Source: an uncultured Nitrosopumilales archaeon
Lineage (GTDB): Archaea; Thermoproteota; Nitrososphaeria; Nitrososphaerales; CAYNJB01
Direction: 5' to 3'
Assembly (NCBI GenBank): GCA_964397515.1
Contig: CAYNJB010000001.1
Location: 1-29,380 of the forward strand
DNA: 29,380 bases
In this document: positions 18,855-27,230 of the stretch, piece after piece
Position numbering within the stretch: position 1 is the stretch's first letter
Layout of the letters: every line of letters starts with the position of its first letter
Position numbers and translations under genes: made by a program
Notes under the pieces: generated by a model
The model's database searches: none
Seen by the model: the letters and a program-made list of their open reading frames with translations, nothing else
Told to the model about the DNA's origin: nothing

Positions 18855-19562
18855 TTGAAGATAGGAGTAGTTTTCTCAGGAGGTAAAGATAGTACCCGAG
18901 CTATCTACGAAGCTCAAAAACAAGGAGATGAAGTATGTTGTCTTATTACCATCAGTCCAATTAGCTTAGATAGTTTCATGTTTCATTATCCAAATATAAA
19001 GTGGACTAATCTCCAAGCAAAAGCTATGAATATACCATTGATAAAACAACAAACACGTGGAGTAAAAGAAGATGAACTTAGAGATCTAAAATTTGCTATT
19101 AAAAAAGCTAAAGATAAACATGATATACAGGGAATATATACAGGAGCGGTAGCGAGCAGTTATCAGAAGATAAGATTTGAAAAAGTGGCTTCTGAACTTG
19201 AATTGAAATGTATTAGCCCATTGTGGAATTTAGACGGTGAAAAAATATTGAGAGATTTAGAGCAACTTGATTTTGAGGTAATCATTGTAAGTGTAGCAGC
19301 AGCGGGATTAGACAGTAAGTGGCTAGGCAGCTATATTAATTCAGAATCTATAGAAAAATTAATGCATATCCATAATAAATATGATATTAACCTTTCATTT
19401 GAGGGAGGAGAAGCAGAAACTTTTGTTTTAGATTGCCCCTTGTTTAATAGAAAAATTGAAATTCTAGAAGCTGAACGTATTTGGGAAAAAGAATCAGGAA
19501 TATTTTTAATACATAAAGCAAGACTCAATTCAAAGGAAACTGTTAAAGATATAGTATCATAG
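18855..19562 (+). CDS. dph6: Diphthine-ammonia ligase (Dph6, PP-loop ATPase)
   Basis: FSGGKDS PP-loop, SFMFH, GAVASSYQ, PLW, EGGEAETFVLDCPLF; TTG start with AGGATGA 7 nt upstream. Confidence 0.88.
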   Translation: MKIGVVFSGGKDSTRAIYEAQKQGDEVCCLITISPISLDSFMFHYPNIKWTNLQAKAMNIPLIKQQTRGVKEDELRDLKFAIKKAKDKHDIQGIYTGAVASSYQKIRFEKVASELELKCISPLWNLDGEKILRDLEQLDFEVIIVSVAAAGLDSKWLGSYINSESIEKLMHIHNKYDINLSFEGGEAETFVLDCPLFNRKIEILEAERIWEKESGIFLIHKARLNSKETVKDIVS

Positions 19563-19575
19563 ATGGGTAATTAAG

Positions 19576-20904
19576 ATGCTTGATAAATTAAGAGAAGGGC
19601 TTCGCGGAGCCATAATGAAGATTGTTGGAGCAACTACGATAGATGAACAAATTATCAAAGAATTTGCAAAGGATTTACAAAGAGCTTTGCTACAAGCAGA
19701 CGTTAACGTTAAACAAGTACTTGAATTATCTTCAAAAGTTGAGAAAAGAGCTTTAGCTGAAGCTCCACCACCAGGTTTACCAAAGAAGGATTACATAGTT
19801 AAAATATTATACGAAGAGTTTTCCATTGTATTAGGTTTAGAATCTAAGATTGAGATACATGATGAGAAATCTACAATTATTTTGATGATGGGGATTCAAG
19901 GCTCTGGAAAAACCACTGTGACAGGGAAATTAGCACGATACCTACAAAAGAAAGGGTATGACGTAGGGGTAGTTTGCGCTGACACATTCCGGCCAGGAGC
20001 ATTTTCTCAACTTTCATCGATCGCAGAAAAAATAAATGTAGAAATTTATGGCGATGAAAAATCAAAGGATGCGCCAAAAATAGCTGAAAAAGGAGTAGAA
20101 TTCTTCAAAAAGAAAAATAAGAAAGTGATTATAGTTGATACTGCGGGTAGACATAAAGAAGAAAAAGAATTAATTGAGGAAATGCAGATCACATCAAAAA
20201 AGATTCATGAGGATATGACGATACTTGTAATAGATGGAACTATTGGACAAGCCTGTCTGTCTCAATCAGAAGCATTCCATAAAGTAGTACCAGTTGGAGG
20301 AATAATAATAACCAAATTGGATGGCGCTGCTAAGGGTGGTGGTGCTCTTGCCGCTGCAGCTGCAACAGGCGCAAAAATTTTATTCATAGGAACAGGTGAA
20401 AGAGTAGATGATTTAGAAGTTTTTTCACCGACAAGATTCGTTGGGAGACTACTTGGATTAGGAGATATACAAGCTCTGCTTGATAGGGTAAAAGATCTTG
20501 AAGCTGAAGCTGATGAGAAAAAAACGCAGAGAATAATGTCTGGAAAGATGACCATAGATGACTTATATTATCAATTTGAGCAGATGAAAAAAATGGGATC
20601 TATCCGTAAAATATTAGATCTTATACCCGGGTTTTCGCAAACTCAAATTCCAGATGATCAACTTGAGGGGCTAGATGAAAAACTAGATAAGTGGAGAAAC
20701 ATTATACAATCGATGAGTAAAGAAGAACGTATAAATCCTGAGATTATAAGTTCTTCAAGAATTAAAAGAATTTCTATAGGATCTGGAAATCAAGAGAAAG
20801 ACACAAAGGAACTCTTAGTAAGATATAAACAAACTAAGGGTATGATGAAAGCGAGTAAAGGTAGAGCATTCAAGCAAGTCCTCAGGAAGCTTCAACAAAG
20901 TTGA
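19576..20904 (+). CDS. srp54: Signal recognition particle protein SRP54
   Basis: LLQADVNV, GIQGSGKTT, DTFRPGA, DTAGRH, TKLDG, GTGE, GRLLGLGD, Met-rich M domain with IQSM and SRIKRI. Confidence 0.97.
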   Translation: MLDKLREGLRGAIMKIVGATTIDEQIIKEFAKDLQRALLQADVNVKQVLELSSKVEKRALAEAPPPGLPKKDYIVKILYEEFSIVLGLESKIEIHDEKSTIILMMGIQGSGKTTVTGKLARYLQKKGYDVGVVCADTFRPGAFSQLSSIAEKINVEIYGDEKSKDAPKIAEKGVEFFKKKNKKVIIVDTAGRHKEEKELIEEMQITSKKIHEDMTILVIDGTIGQACLSQSEAFHKVVPVGGIIITKLDGAAKGGGALAAAAATGAKILFIGTGERVDDLEVFSPTRFVGRLLGLGDIQALLDRVKDLEAEADEKKTQRIMSGKMTIDDLYYQFEQMKKMGSIRKILDLIPGFSQTQIPDDQLEGLDEKLDKWRNIIQSMSKEERINPEIISSSRIKRISIGSGNQEKDTKELLVRYKQTKGMMKASKGRAFKQVLRKLQQS

Positions 20905-22028
20905 TAAACACAAAGAAAATACTAAAAAAGTATCCGTTATGTAAAATATGTCTAAGCCGACAAATTCAGAGCTCTACATCTTATACTACTAAATCTGAAA
21001 AATGTTGCATTTGCGGAGGAATAATGAAAGATGTTAAAGAAGTAGTAAAAGATGTGATAACAACTCTTAAAGATTATGAGTTCAAAACTTTCCAAGTAGG
21101 AGCATCTATTCCTACAAAATGGGTCGAGATGGAAGATGCTATTAGAGCTGAATTTAAACTTAAAGGAGGACATTCAATAAAAAGTGATTTAACACACAGA
21201 GTTAACCAAACCGTTTCTAATAAAATAAAGAAAAAGGTACAATATAATAAACCAGATGTTGTTGCAGTAATTGACTTAATATCAAATAAAATAATAATTA
21301 ATCCTCGACCAATTTTTCTATTAGGTAAATATTTAAAGATAAAAAGAGGAGCATCACAAAAACAAAACACATGCAAAAAGTGTTTTGGAATTGGATGTCC
21401 AGATTGTGATTATTATGGTTTTTCAAAAGAAATGAGTGTAGAACAAATTCTGAATAAACATATCCTTTCAATATTTGATGGAAAGAAAACTACTTTTTCT
21501 TGGGTCGGAGGAGAAGATTCTAAAAGTCTAGTTTTGGGAAATGGAAGACCGTTCTACGTTGAAATTAATTCACCTAAAAAGACACATATAAATGACTCTA
21601 AAGATTTGAAGTATCTCTCGCATGGTATTAATCTAACTGAGTTAAAACCGACAACAAAAAAAAATCATGATACTCATTCTTTTAGAACAGAAATATTAGT
21701 AAGAGCTAAGTTTGAGAAGAAGATATCAAAAGAGAAATTAGAAAAAATTTCTAAAAAAATAACAGGTATGGAAGTAGAACAACCGTCTACAAAAAAACAA
21801 AAAATTTCTAAAAAGAAAATCTTTCTTTTCACAGTAAAATCGATGAGAGGAAAGAACGCTCAAATACATTTAATATGTGATGGTGGACTGGGCATACGTA
21901 GATTTATAGCCGGTGAAGGGATTGAAATATACCCAAATCTCCCAAATATTTTAGAAATGGAGATTAGTTTAGACGAGAATAAACCTTTTGATATATTAAA
22001 TGTGGAAATGTTTTCTGAATCTTTTTAG
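20901..22028 (+). CDS. pus10: tRNA pseudouridine synthase Pus10, divergent
   Basis: N-terminal CKIC, THUMP-like segment (TFQVG...PDVV), GKYLK, GGED..LVLGNGRPF, CDGGLGI; TTG start overlaps the srp54 stop. Confidence 0.85.
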   Translation: MINTKKILKKYPLCKICLSRQIQSSTSYTTKSEKCCICGGIMKDVKEVVKDVITTLKDYEFKTFQVGASIPTKWVEMEDAIRAEFKLKGGHSIKSDLTHRVNQTVSNKIKKKVQYNKPDVVAVIDLISNKIIINPRPIFLLGKYLKIKRGASQKQNTCKKCFGIGCPDCDYYGFSKEMSVEQILNKHILSIFDGKKTTFSWVGGEDSKSLVLGNGRPFYVEINSPKKTHINDSKDLKYLSHGINLTELKPTTKKNHDTHSFRTEILVRAKFEKKISKEKLEKISKKITGMEVEQPSTKKQKISKKKIFLFTVKSMRGKNAQIHLICDGGLGIRRFIAGEGIEIYPNLPNILEMEISLDENKPFDILNVEMFSESF

Positions 22029-22059
22029 ATACAGTTGTTATGTATATATGTGAAGGGAG

Positions 22060-23190
22060 ATGGCGACATATAAAGTTCCAGTAATACCTGGAGATGGTGT
22101 AGGACCTGAAGTTATTTCCGAAGGAAAAAAAGTTATAGACACAGTTAGTGAAGTTGATAGTTTTGAGGTTAACTGGATTGAATATCCATTTGGATCAGAC
22201 CATTATTTAACGACAGGAGAGTTAATTAATGAAAATAGCTTAAAAGAACTTAAACAATATAGATCAATATATTTAGGTGCGTTAGGAGATCCAAGAGTAA
22301 CACCTGGAGTTTTAGAACTTGGAATTCTGTTAAAGCTTCGATTCTATATGGATGAATACATTAATCTTAGACCTGTTAAACTTTTTGAGGGAGTTCCAAC
22401 ACCACTTCAAGGGAAAACTGAGAAAGATGTCAATTTTACGGTTGTACGTGAAAATACTGAAGATTTCTACATAGGTATAGGATCAAAAATTAATAAAGGA
22501 AAAAGTAAAGAAGTGCATAACTTATTTAGAGAACTTTATACAATAAAATTCAATTTAGACATAGAAACGGACACTGATGAAATAGCATATCAAATAGGAG
22601 TTATAAGTCAAAAAGGAGCTGAGAGAGTTATTAAATATGCTTTTGATCTGGCAACTAAAACAAATCAAAACAAAGTTACATCTGTAGATAAAGCAAATGT
22701 TTTAACCCATTCTTATGGTCTATGGAGAAAAGTGTTTTCTCAAATTTCAACTAACTATTCAGATATAGAAACGGAGAGCATTTTTGTTGACGCAGCTGCT
22801 ATGTGGTTTGTTAAGAATCCTGAGTGGTTTAAAGTAATAGTGACACCCAATCTTTTTGGTGACATTCTGACAGATTTAGGGGCGATGATTCAGGGAGGGT
22901 TAGGAGTTGCACCTGGAGGTAACATTAATCCTGGTGGAACATCTACATTTGAACCTATTCATGGGTCAGCTCCCAAGTATAAAGGGAAAGAGCAGATTAA
23001 TCCTATAGCAACCATCTTAGCTGGGAGTATGCTTTTAGATAATCTAGGGCTTAATAAATCTGCAAATAAAATTGAAGAAGCAGTAAAACAAGTTCTTAGA
23101 GAGGGGAAAGTTAAGACACCTGATTTGGGTGGAAGATCTAAGACAAGCGAAGTAAGTGACGCAGTTATTTCTAATATTAGAAACTCATAG
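22060..23190 (+). CDS. leuB: 3-isopropylmalate dehydrogenase (isocitrate/isopropylmalate family)
   Basis: [50 protein letters not shown]; location in the BCAA cluster supports LeuB. Confidence 0.85.
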   Translation: MATYKVPVIPGDGVGPEVISEGKKVIDTVSEVDSFEVNWIEYPFGSDHYLTTGELINENSLKELKQYRSIYLGALGDPRVTPGVLELGILLKLRFYMDEYINLRPVKLFEGVPTPLQGKTEKDVNFTVVRENTEDFYIGIGSKINKGKSKEVHNLFRELYTIKFNLDIETDTDEIAYQIGVISQKGAERVIKYAFDLATKTNQNKVTSVDKANVLTHSYGLWRKVFSQISTNYSDIETESIFVDAAAMWFVKNPEWFKVIVTPNLFGDILTDLGAMIQGGLGVAPGGNINPGGTSTFEPIHGSAPKYKGKEQINPIATILAGSMLLDNLGLNKSANKIEEAVKQVLREGKVKTPDLGGRSKTSEVSDAVISNIRNS

Positions 23191-23213
23191 GAAAATATTA
23201 GATTTAGTTTCTC

Positions 23214-24722
23214 TTATTTGCCTTTTTTAATAAATAATTTGTTGATTCCGTTGAGAAGGGCTTCAACACTTGAGACTACAATATCTTCTCCAGTACTACG
23301 TGCTGAAGCAAAATTTCCTTTATTGTCTCCGACTTTAACAAGAACTTCAGACAAAGCTTCTGATCCCCCTGTTAAGGCTTCAAGTCGGTATTCTGTAAGA
23401 GAAATTTTAGCTATTTCTTCAGTAATTTTATGTATTGCTTTTACAGCTGCATCTACTGGTCCGACACCTGTTTCGGAAGCTACATAAATTTGGCCTTCAA
23501 GATCTATCTTTACTGACGCAGTAGGAACAACATTTGTTCCGGTCATCACTGAGAAATCAATTAATTTCACCTTTTTTTTACTTTCAACAGGGTTTTCAAC
23601 TATAGATCTAGATAATGCTTCAATATCTGAATCAGTTAAGGATCTTCCTTTATCACCCATTTCCTTAATTTGATTCATGATAATTTTAAGTTGTTCATCT
23701 GTGGGGGAGAAGCCAAGTTCATTAAGTTGAGATTTTATTCCATGAGTACCAGCATGTTTTCCTGCTTGAATCCACCTTCTTCGTCCTACAAGGTCTGGGT
23801 CGATAGGTTCGTAAGTAGTAGGCATGGATAATACACCATGGGTGTGAATGCCTGATTCATGACCGAAAGCATTGTCGCCTACAATAGCTTTGTTTGGTTG
23901 AACTACGACACCCGTCAGTTTTGATACGAGCCTGCTGGTTTCATAGATAAGCTTTGTATTTATTTTTGTTTTCTTTGAATAAAAACAATGAAGAGCCATA
24001 ACGACTTCTTCTAATGATGCGTTCCCTGCTCTTTCACCTATACCATTGACAGTAGCATGAATTTGTGATGCTCCAGCTTCAACAGCCGCAAGAGAATTTG
24101 CAACTGCTAGACCAAAATCATTATGGCAGTGAATAGCTATAGGTGTTTTAATAACAGATTTTATCTCTTTTACTAAGGAACTCATTTTTGATGGAGTTGC
24201 TACACCAACTGTGTCAGGAATGTTTATTCGATCAGCGCCTGCATTTACTACTTCCTTAAGAAATTTTTTTAGAAAATGTGGATCTGAACGAGTAGCGTCT
24301 TCAGCTGAAAATTCTACAGTTACTCCATGTTTTTTAGCATATTCAACTCCAGTAATTGCGTTCTTTAGAGCTTTAGCTTTAGTGATTTTTAGCTTATGTT
24401 TAAGATGTATATCAGATGTTGCTATAAATAAGTGAATACTTTCTACATCGCACGCTAGGGCTACATCTATATCTTTTTTGTCAACTCTAGCTAAGGCACA
24501 TATTTCGGCGTTCAAACCTGCTTTAGCAATAGATTTGACAGATTTGCGTTCTCCGCGTGAAGTTATTGGAAAACCAGCTTCTATAGCGTCTACACCAAGT
24601 GTATCAAGTCGTCTTGCAATCTCTAATTTCTCATCTACGGTTAGAGAGACTCCGGGTGTCTGTTCTCCATCACGGAGAGTGGTATCGAATATTCGAATAT
24701 GTTGATTTGTTTGTTTGGGTAT
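23214..24722 (-). CDS. leuA: 2-isopropylmalate synthase; start extended beyond the ORF-track call, no canonical start codon
   Basis: Frame is open upstream of the 24515 TTG and encodes IRIFDTTLRDGEQTPG...IEAGFP, then HCHND, GERAGNA, HESGIH and a regulatory domain (GVGPVDA, GGSEAL). The nearest upstream in-frame stop is at 24768-24770. ATA at 24722 is used as a provisional start (502 aa). Citramalate/homocitrate paralog status is not excluded. Confidence 0.88.
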   Translation of the reverse strand: MPKQTNQHIRIFDTTLRDGEQTPGVSLTVDEKLEIARRLDTLGVDAIEAGFPITSRGERKSVKSIAKAGLNAEICALARVDKKDIDVALACDVESIHLFIATSDIHLKHKLKITKAKALKNAITGVEYAKKHGVTVEFSAEDATRSDPHFLKKFLKEVVNAGADRINIPDTVGVATPSKMSSLVKEIKSVIKTPIAIHCHNDFGLAVANSLAAVEAGASQIHATVNGIGERAGNASLEEVVMALHCFYSKKTKINTKLIYETSRLVSKLTGVVVQPNKAIVGDNAFGHESGIHTHGVLSMPTTYEPIDPDLVGRRRWIQAGKHAGTHGIKSQLNELGFSPTDEQLKIIMNQIKEMGDKGRSLTDSDIEALSRSIVENPVESKKKVKLIDFSVMTGTNVVPTASVKIDLEGQIYVASETGVGPVDAAVKAIHKITEEIAKISLTEYRLEALTGGSEALSEVLVKVGDNKGNFASARSTGEDIVVSSVEALLNGINKLFIKKGK

Positions 24723-24727
24723 CGTAT

Positions 24728-25210
24728 TTACCCCCGTTGTAGAGCTGTAATGCCTGTTCGAGATATGTCACGTATGCCAAAACTTGATACTAGTTTAATG
24801 AAAGAATCAATTTTAGTTGGATCACCCGTAATTTCAACTGTTATGGTTTCATTTGATACGTCAACGATTCTACACCTATATATTTGGGAGAAATTCAGCA
24901 CATCTACTCTAGTTTTTTGATCTAAAACATTTAACTTGATCAAAGCTAGTTCTCTTACTACAGATGTTTGTTGTTCAAGTAAAGTTATTTTTACAACATC
25001 TATAAGTTTACCAAGTTGCTTTATTAGTTGTTCAACTGTTAATTCATCACCGTTTACAACTATGGTCATTTTGGCAAGTCCGGGTTTCTCTGTGCGCCCC
25101 ACGGTTATACTTTCTATATTGAAGCCTCTTCGTCTAAACATGTTTGAGGCTCTAAAAAGTACTCCCGGTTTGTTTTCAACGATAGTAGAAAGTATGTAAA
25201 GATCGCCCAT
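24728..25210 (-). CDS. ilvH: Acetolactate synthase small regulatory subunit (two ACT domains)
   Basis: VENKPGVL...FRRRGFNIESITVG, EQLIKQLGKLIDV, RELALIK, EITGD, RTGITALQRG. Confidence 0.95.
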   Translation of the reverse strand: MGDLYILSTIVENKPGVLFRASNMFRRRGFNIESITVGRTEKPGLAKMTIVVNGDELTVEQLIKQLGKLIDVVKITLLEQQTSVVRELALIKLNVLDQKTRVDVLNFSQIYRCRIVDVSNETITVEITGDPTKIDSFIKLVSSFGIRDISRTGITALQRG

Positions 25211-25214
25211 GATT

Positions 25215-26912
25215 TTATCTTATATCCTGTGAACTATATAATATGTCTTTTAGTCCTTTTCCTGGAGGTACAAACGGATATACATCTTCGTCAGGGGAAA
25301 CAGGGATGTCGATTACTGTAGGTACTTCGTTTCGTAACCCAGAACGTAAAGCTTTTTCTACTTCTTTAATAGATTGAGCTCTTATTCCTTCAGCTCCATA
25401 AGATTCAGCTAACTTTACGAAGTCAGGAGTATTTTTAAATTTAATAGCTGAATATCTTTTATCATAAAACAATCTTTGCCATTGTTCAACCAAGCCTAGA
25501 GATCTATTGTTTAATATAGCTACAATGATTGGTATTTTTTCTTCGACGCATACTGCCAACGAATTTTCGGTCATGCAGAAACTTCCATCTCCGGCAAGAT
25601 CAACTACAGGAACATCTGGTTTTGCAACTTTAGCTCCAATAGCAGCTGGAAAACCGAAACCCATTGTACCTAAACCTGTAGAGGTAATCCATGTTCGTGG
25701 TTTAATAACTTTATAATGCAATTCTGCAAACATCTGATGTTTTCCAACTTCAGTTGCAAGTATGCCTTCAGGAGGTAAAATTTCGCGGATTTTTTTAATA
25801 ATTTTAATAGTTTTTAGATTGGCCCAGTCCAAATCTTTGTTGTTCTTTAGTTCGTCTCTTACTTCATTAATTCTTTTTAACCACAGTGAGCCCCTTTTTC
25901 TTTTGATTTTAAGTCTTAAAGATTCATATATTTGAGTTAATGCAATTTTGGCGTCTCCAACTATAGGTAATTGTACCTGTTTATTTTTTCCGATCTCTGA
26001 AGGATCAATATCTATATGAATTATTTTTGCGTCTGGACAAAATTTGTTAAATAGTCCAGTAGTTCTATCGGAAAATCTTACTCCGACAGCTAAAACACAA
26101 TCAGCTTCACAAATTAATTTATTTCCCTCTGGAGTACCATGCATTCCAATTGGACCTAAAGATAATGGATGATTCTCTGGAAAACTTCCTTTTCCGATTA
26201 AAGTAGTTACTACTGGAACTAAAAGAAGTTCAACAATGCTCTGAAGTGACTCTGACGCATTACATAAAATGACTCCGCCTCCAGACAAAATAATTGGTTT
26301 TTCAGCGTTTAAGAGAAGAGCAGCTGCCCGTTCAATTTGTAGATGATGAGGCTCAATTGCAGGTTTGTATCCTCTAATGACAACTTTTTCTGGAAATTTA
26401 ATATTTGTTTTCTCTTGTTGAACATCTTTTGGTATATCGATTATAACTGGACCAGGTCTGCCAGTGGAAGCTATATGAAATGCTTTCTTTAAATCATAAG
26501 GAATTTCAGCTGAATTCATTGGTTGGAAAGTATATTTTGTTATCGCAGTTGTTATCCCGATAATATCAGTTTCTTGGAATGAGTCCTTGCCAATAAGAGA
26601 TTTTGCAACTTGGCCTGTTATAGCAATAATTGGAGACGAGTCAGCGTAAGCAGTAGCTATACCTGTAACAAGATTTGTTGCTCCTGGACCAGAAGTTGCA
26701 AAGCAAACTCCAACTTTCCCACTTGCTCGAGCATAACCATCGGCCATATGAGCTGCAGATTGCTCATGTCTACAAAGTATATGACGTATATCACTATTAT
26801 AGAGTTCATCATATATAGGAAGAGTTGCACCTCCGGGTATACCAAAGATATTTGATACACCTTCACGCTTTAATGATTTCATTAAAGCTTTAGCGCCAAT
26901 CATTTCAACCAA
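25215..26912 (-). CDS. ilvB: Acetolactate synthase large catalytic subunit
   Basis: FGIPGGA, RHEQ, TSGPGATN, GQV, FQE, GRPGPV, GLGTMGFG, GDGSF...NNRSLGLV TPP motif; TTG at 26912 or ATG at 26903. Confidence 0.96.
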   Translation of the reverse strand: MVEMIGAKALMKSLKREGVSNIFGIPGGATLPIYDELYNSDIRHILCRHEQSAAHMADGYARASGKVGVCFATSGPGATNLVTGIATAYADSSPIIAITGQVAKSLIGKDSFQETDIIGITTAITKYTFQPMNSAEIPYDLKKAFHIASTGRPGPVIIDIPKDVQQEKTNIKFPEKVVIRGYKPAIEPHHLQIERAAALLLNAEKPIILSGGGVILCNASESLQSIVELLLVPVVTTLIGKGSFPENHPLSLGPIGMHGTPEGNKLICEADCVLAVGVRFSDRTTGLFNKFCPDAKIIHIDIDPSEIGKNKQVQLPIVGDAKIALTQIYESLRLKIKRKRGSLWLKRINEVRDELKNNKDLDWANLKTIKIIKKIREILPPEGILATEVGKHQMFAELHYKVIKPRTWITSTGLGTMGFGFPAAIGAKVAKPDVPVVDLAGDGSFCMTENSLAVCVEEKIPIIVAILNNRSLGLVEQWQRLFYDKRYSAIKFKNTPDFVKLAESYGAEGIRAQSIKEVEKALRSGLRNEVPTVIDIPVSPDEDVYPFVPPGKGLKDILYSSQDIR

Positions 26913-26969
26913 AATACTAAATCATCTTCATATAACAACAAATTTACATTTGAATCTTTGGGTATGAGT

Positions 26970-27068
26970 TTATAGCACTACCAAGAGGGATAGCTGGGCA
27001 GATATTAGTCTGAGAACTAGGCAAGTGTAGACCAGACTTTCTTTGAATGTGCAAATTATTCCCTGCAT
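26970..27068 (-). CDS. Candidate BCAA-rich leader peptide (32 aa) upstream of ilvB, absent from the ORF track
   Basis: ATG...TAA, MQGIICTFKESLVYTCLVLRLISAQLSLLVVL*; 8 Leu, 4 Val, 3 Ile; stop 57 nt before ilvB on the same strand; TATA-like CTTAAAAA at 27100-27093. Confidence 0.55.
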   Translation of the reverse strand: MQGIICTFKESLVYTCLVLRLISAQLSLLVVL

Positions 27069-27092
27069 TATGCATTAGGTTTAGGTTTTAAG

Positions 27093-27110
27093 TTTTTAAG
27101 TTTTATTTTT
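27093..27110 (-). promoter_or_regulatory. Putative promoter for the leader-ilvB-ilvH-leuA transcript
   Basis: A-rich BRE-like tract then CTTAAAAA (27100-27093); usual archaeal spacing puts the TSS near 27068-27070, at the leader ATG. Other TATA-like boxes exist nearby (e.g. 27158-27151). Confidence 0.4.
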
Positions 27111-27230
27111 TTTAATTTTTTATTTTATTATTGTAATTAATGAATGATATATATTAAACAAGTTACTTGGATATTTGCTACTTTTTTTCCGTAACTGATA
27201 AAAAAGACCGCGTTTCAATATAGAATCACT

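Noticed and set aside
24513-24515. ORF-track start for leuA at TTG 24515
   Set aside because: It would remove about 65 residues including the catalytic DTTLRDGEQ motif, which is present in frame upstream.
26976-27063. Resemblance to a SAM-I riboswitch (ACCAAGAG...GGCAA...GTGCAAATT) or a TPP riboswitch (CTGAGA) on the plus strand
   Set aside because: The P3 halves do not pair, there is no P1 partner, the TPP ACCUGAU/UAAUG elements are missing, and the adjacent genes are not Met or thiamine related. A cmscan would settle it.
26987-27067. tRNA-like appearance (GGGATAGCT... with several short stems)
   Set aside because: No T-loop TTCRA, no proper D or anticodon arms, and the acceptor-type stem is bulged.
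26944-27075. Alternative 43-codon minus-strand ORF from the ATG at 27075 (MHNAGNNLHIQRK...)
   Set aside because: Overlaps the BCAA-rich ORF in another frame, has no compositional signal, and would start upstream of the TSS implied by the 27100-27093 box.
27120-27161. 13-codon TTG ORF MFNIYHSLITIIK on the minus strand as an Ile-rich leader
   Set aside because: The region is about 90% AT, where Ile codons arise by chance, and the ORF overlaps the likely promoter elements.
27144-27194. 16-codon ORF upstream of ilvD (MIYIKQVTWIFATFFP) as a second leader peptide
   Set aside because: Only 4 of 16 codons are BCAA, which is background level, and the ORF overlaps a TATA-like tract.
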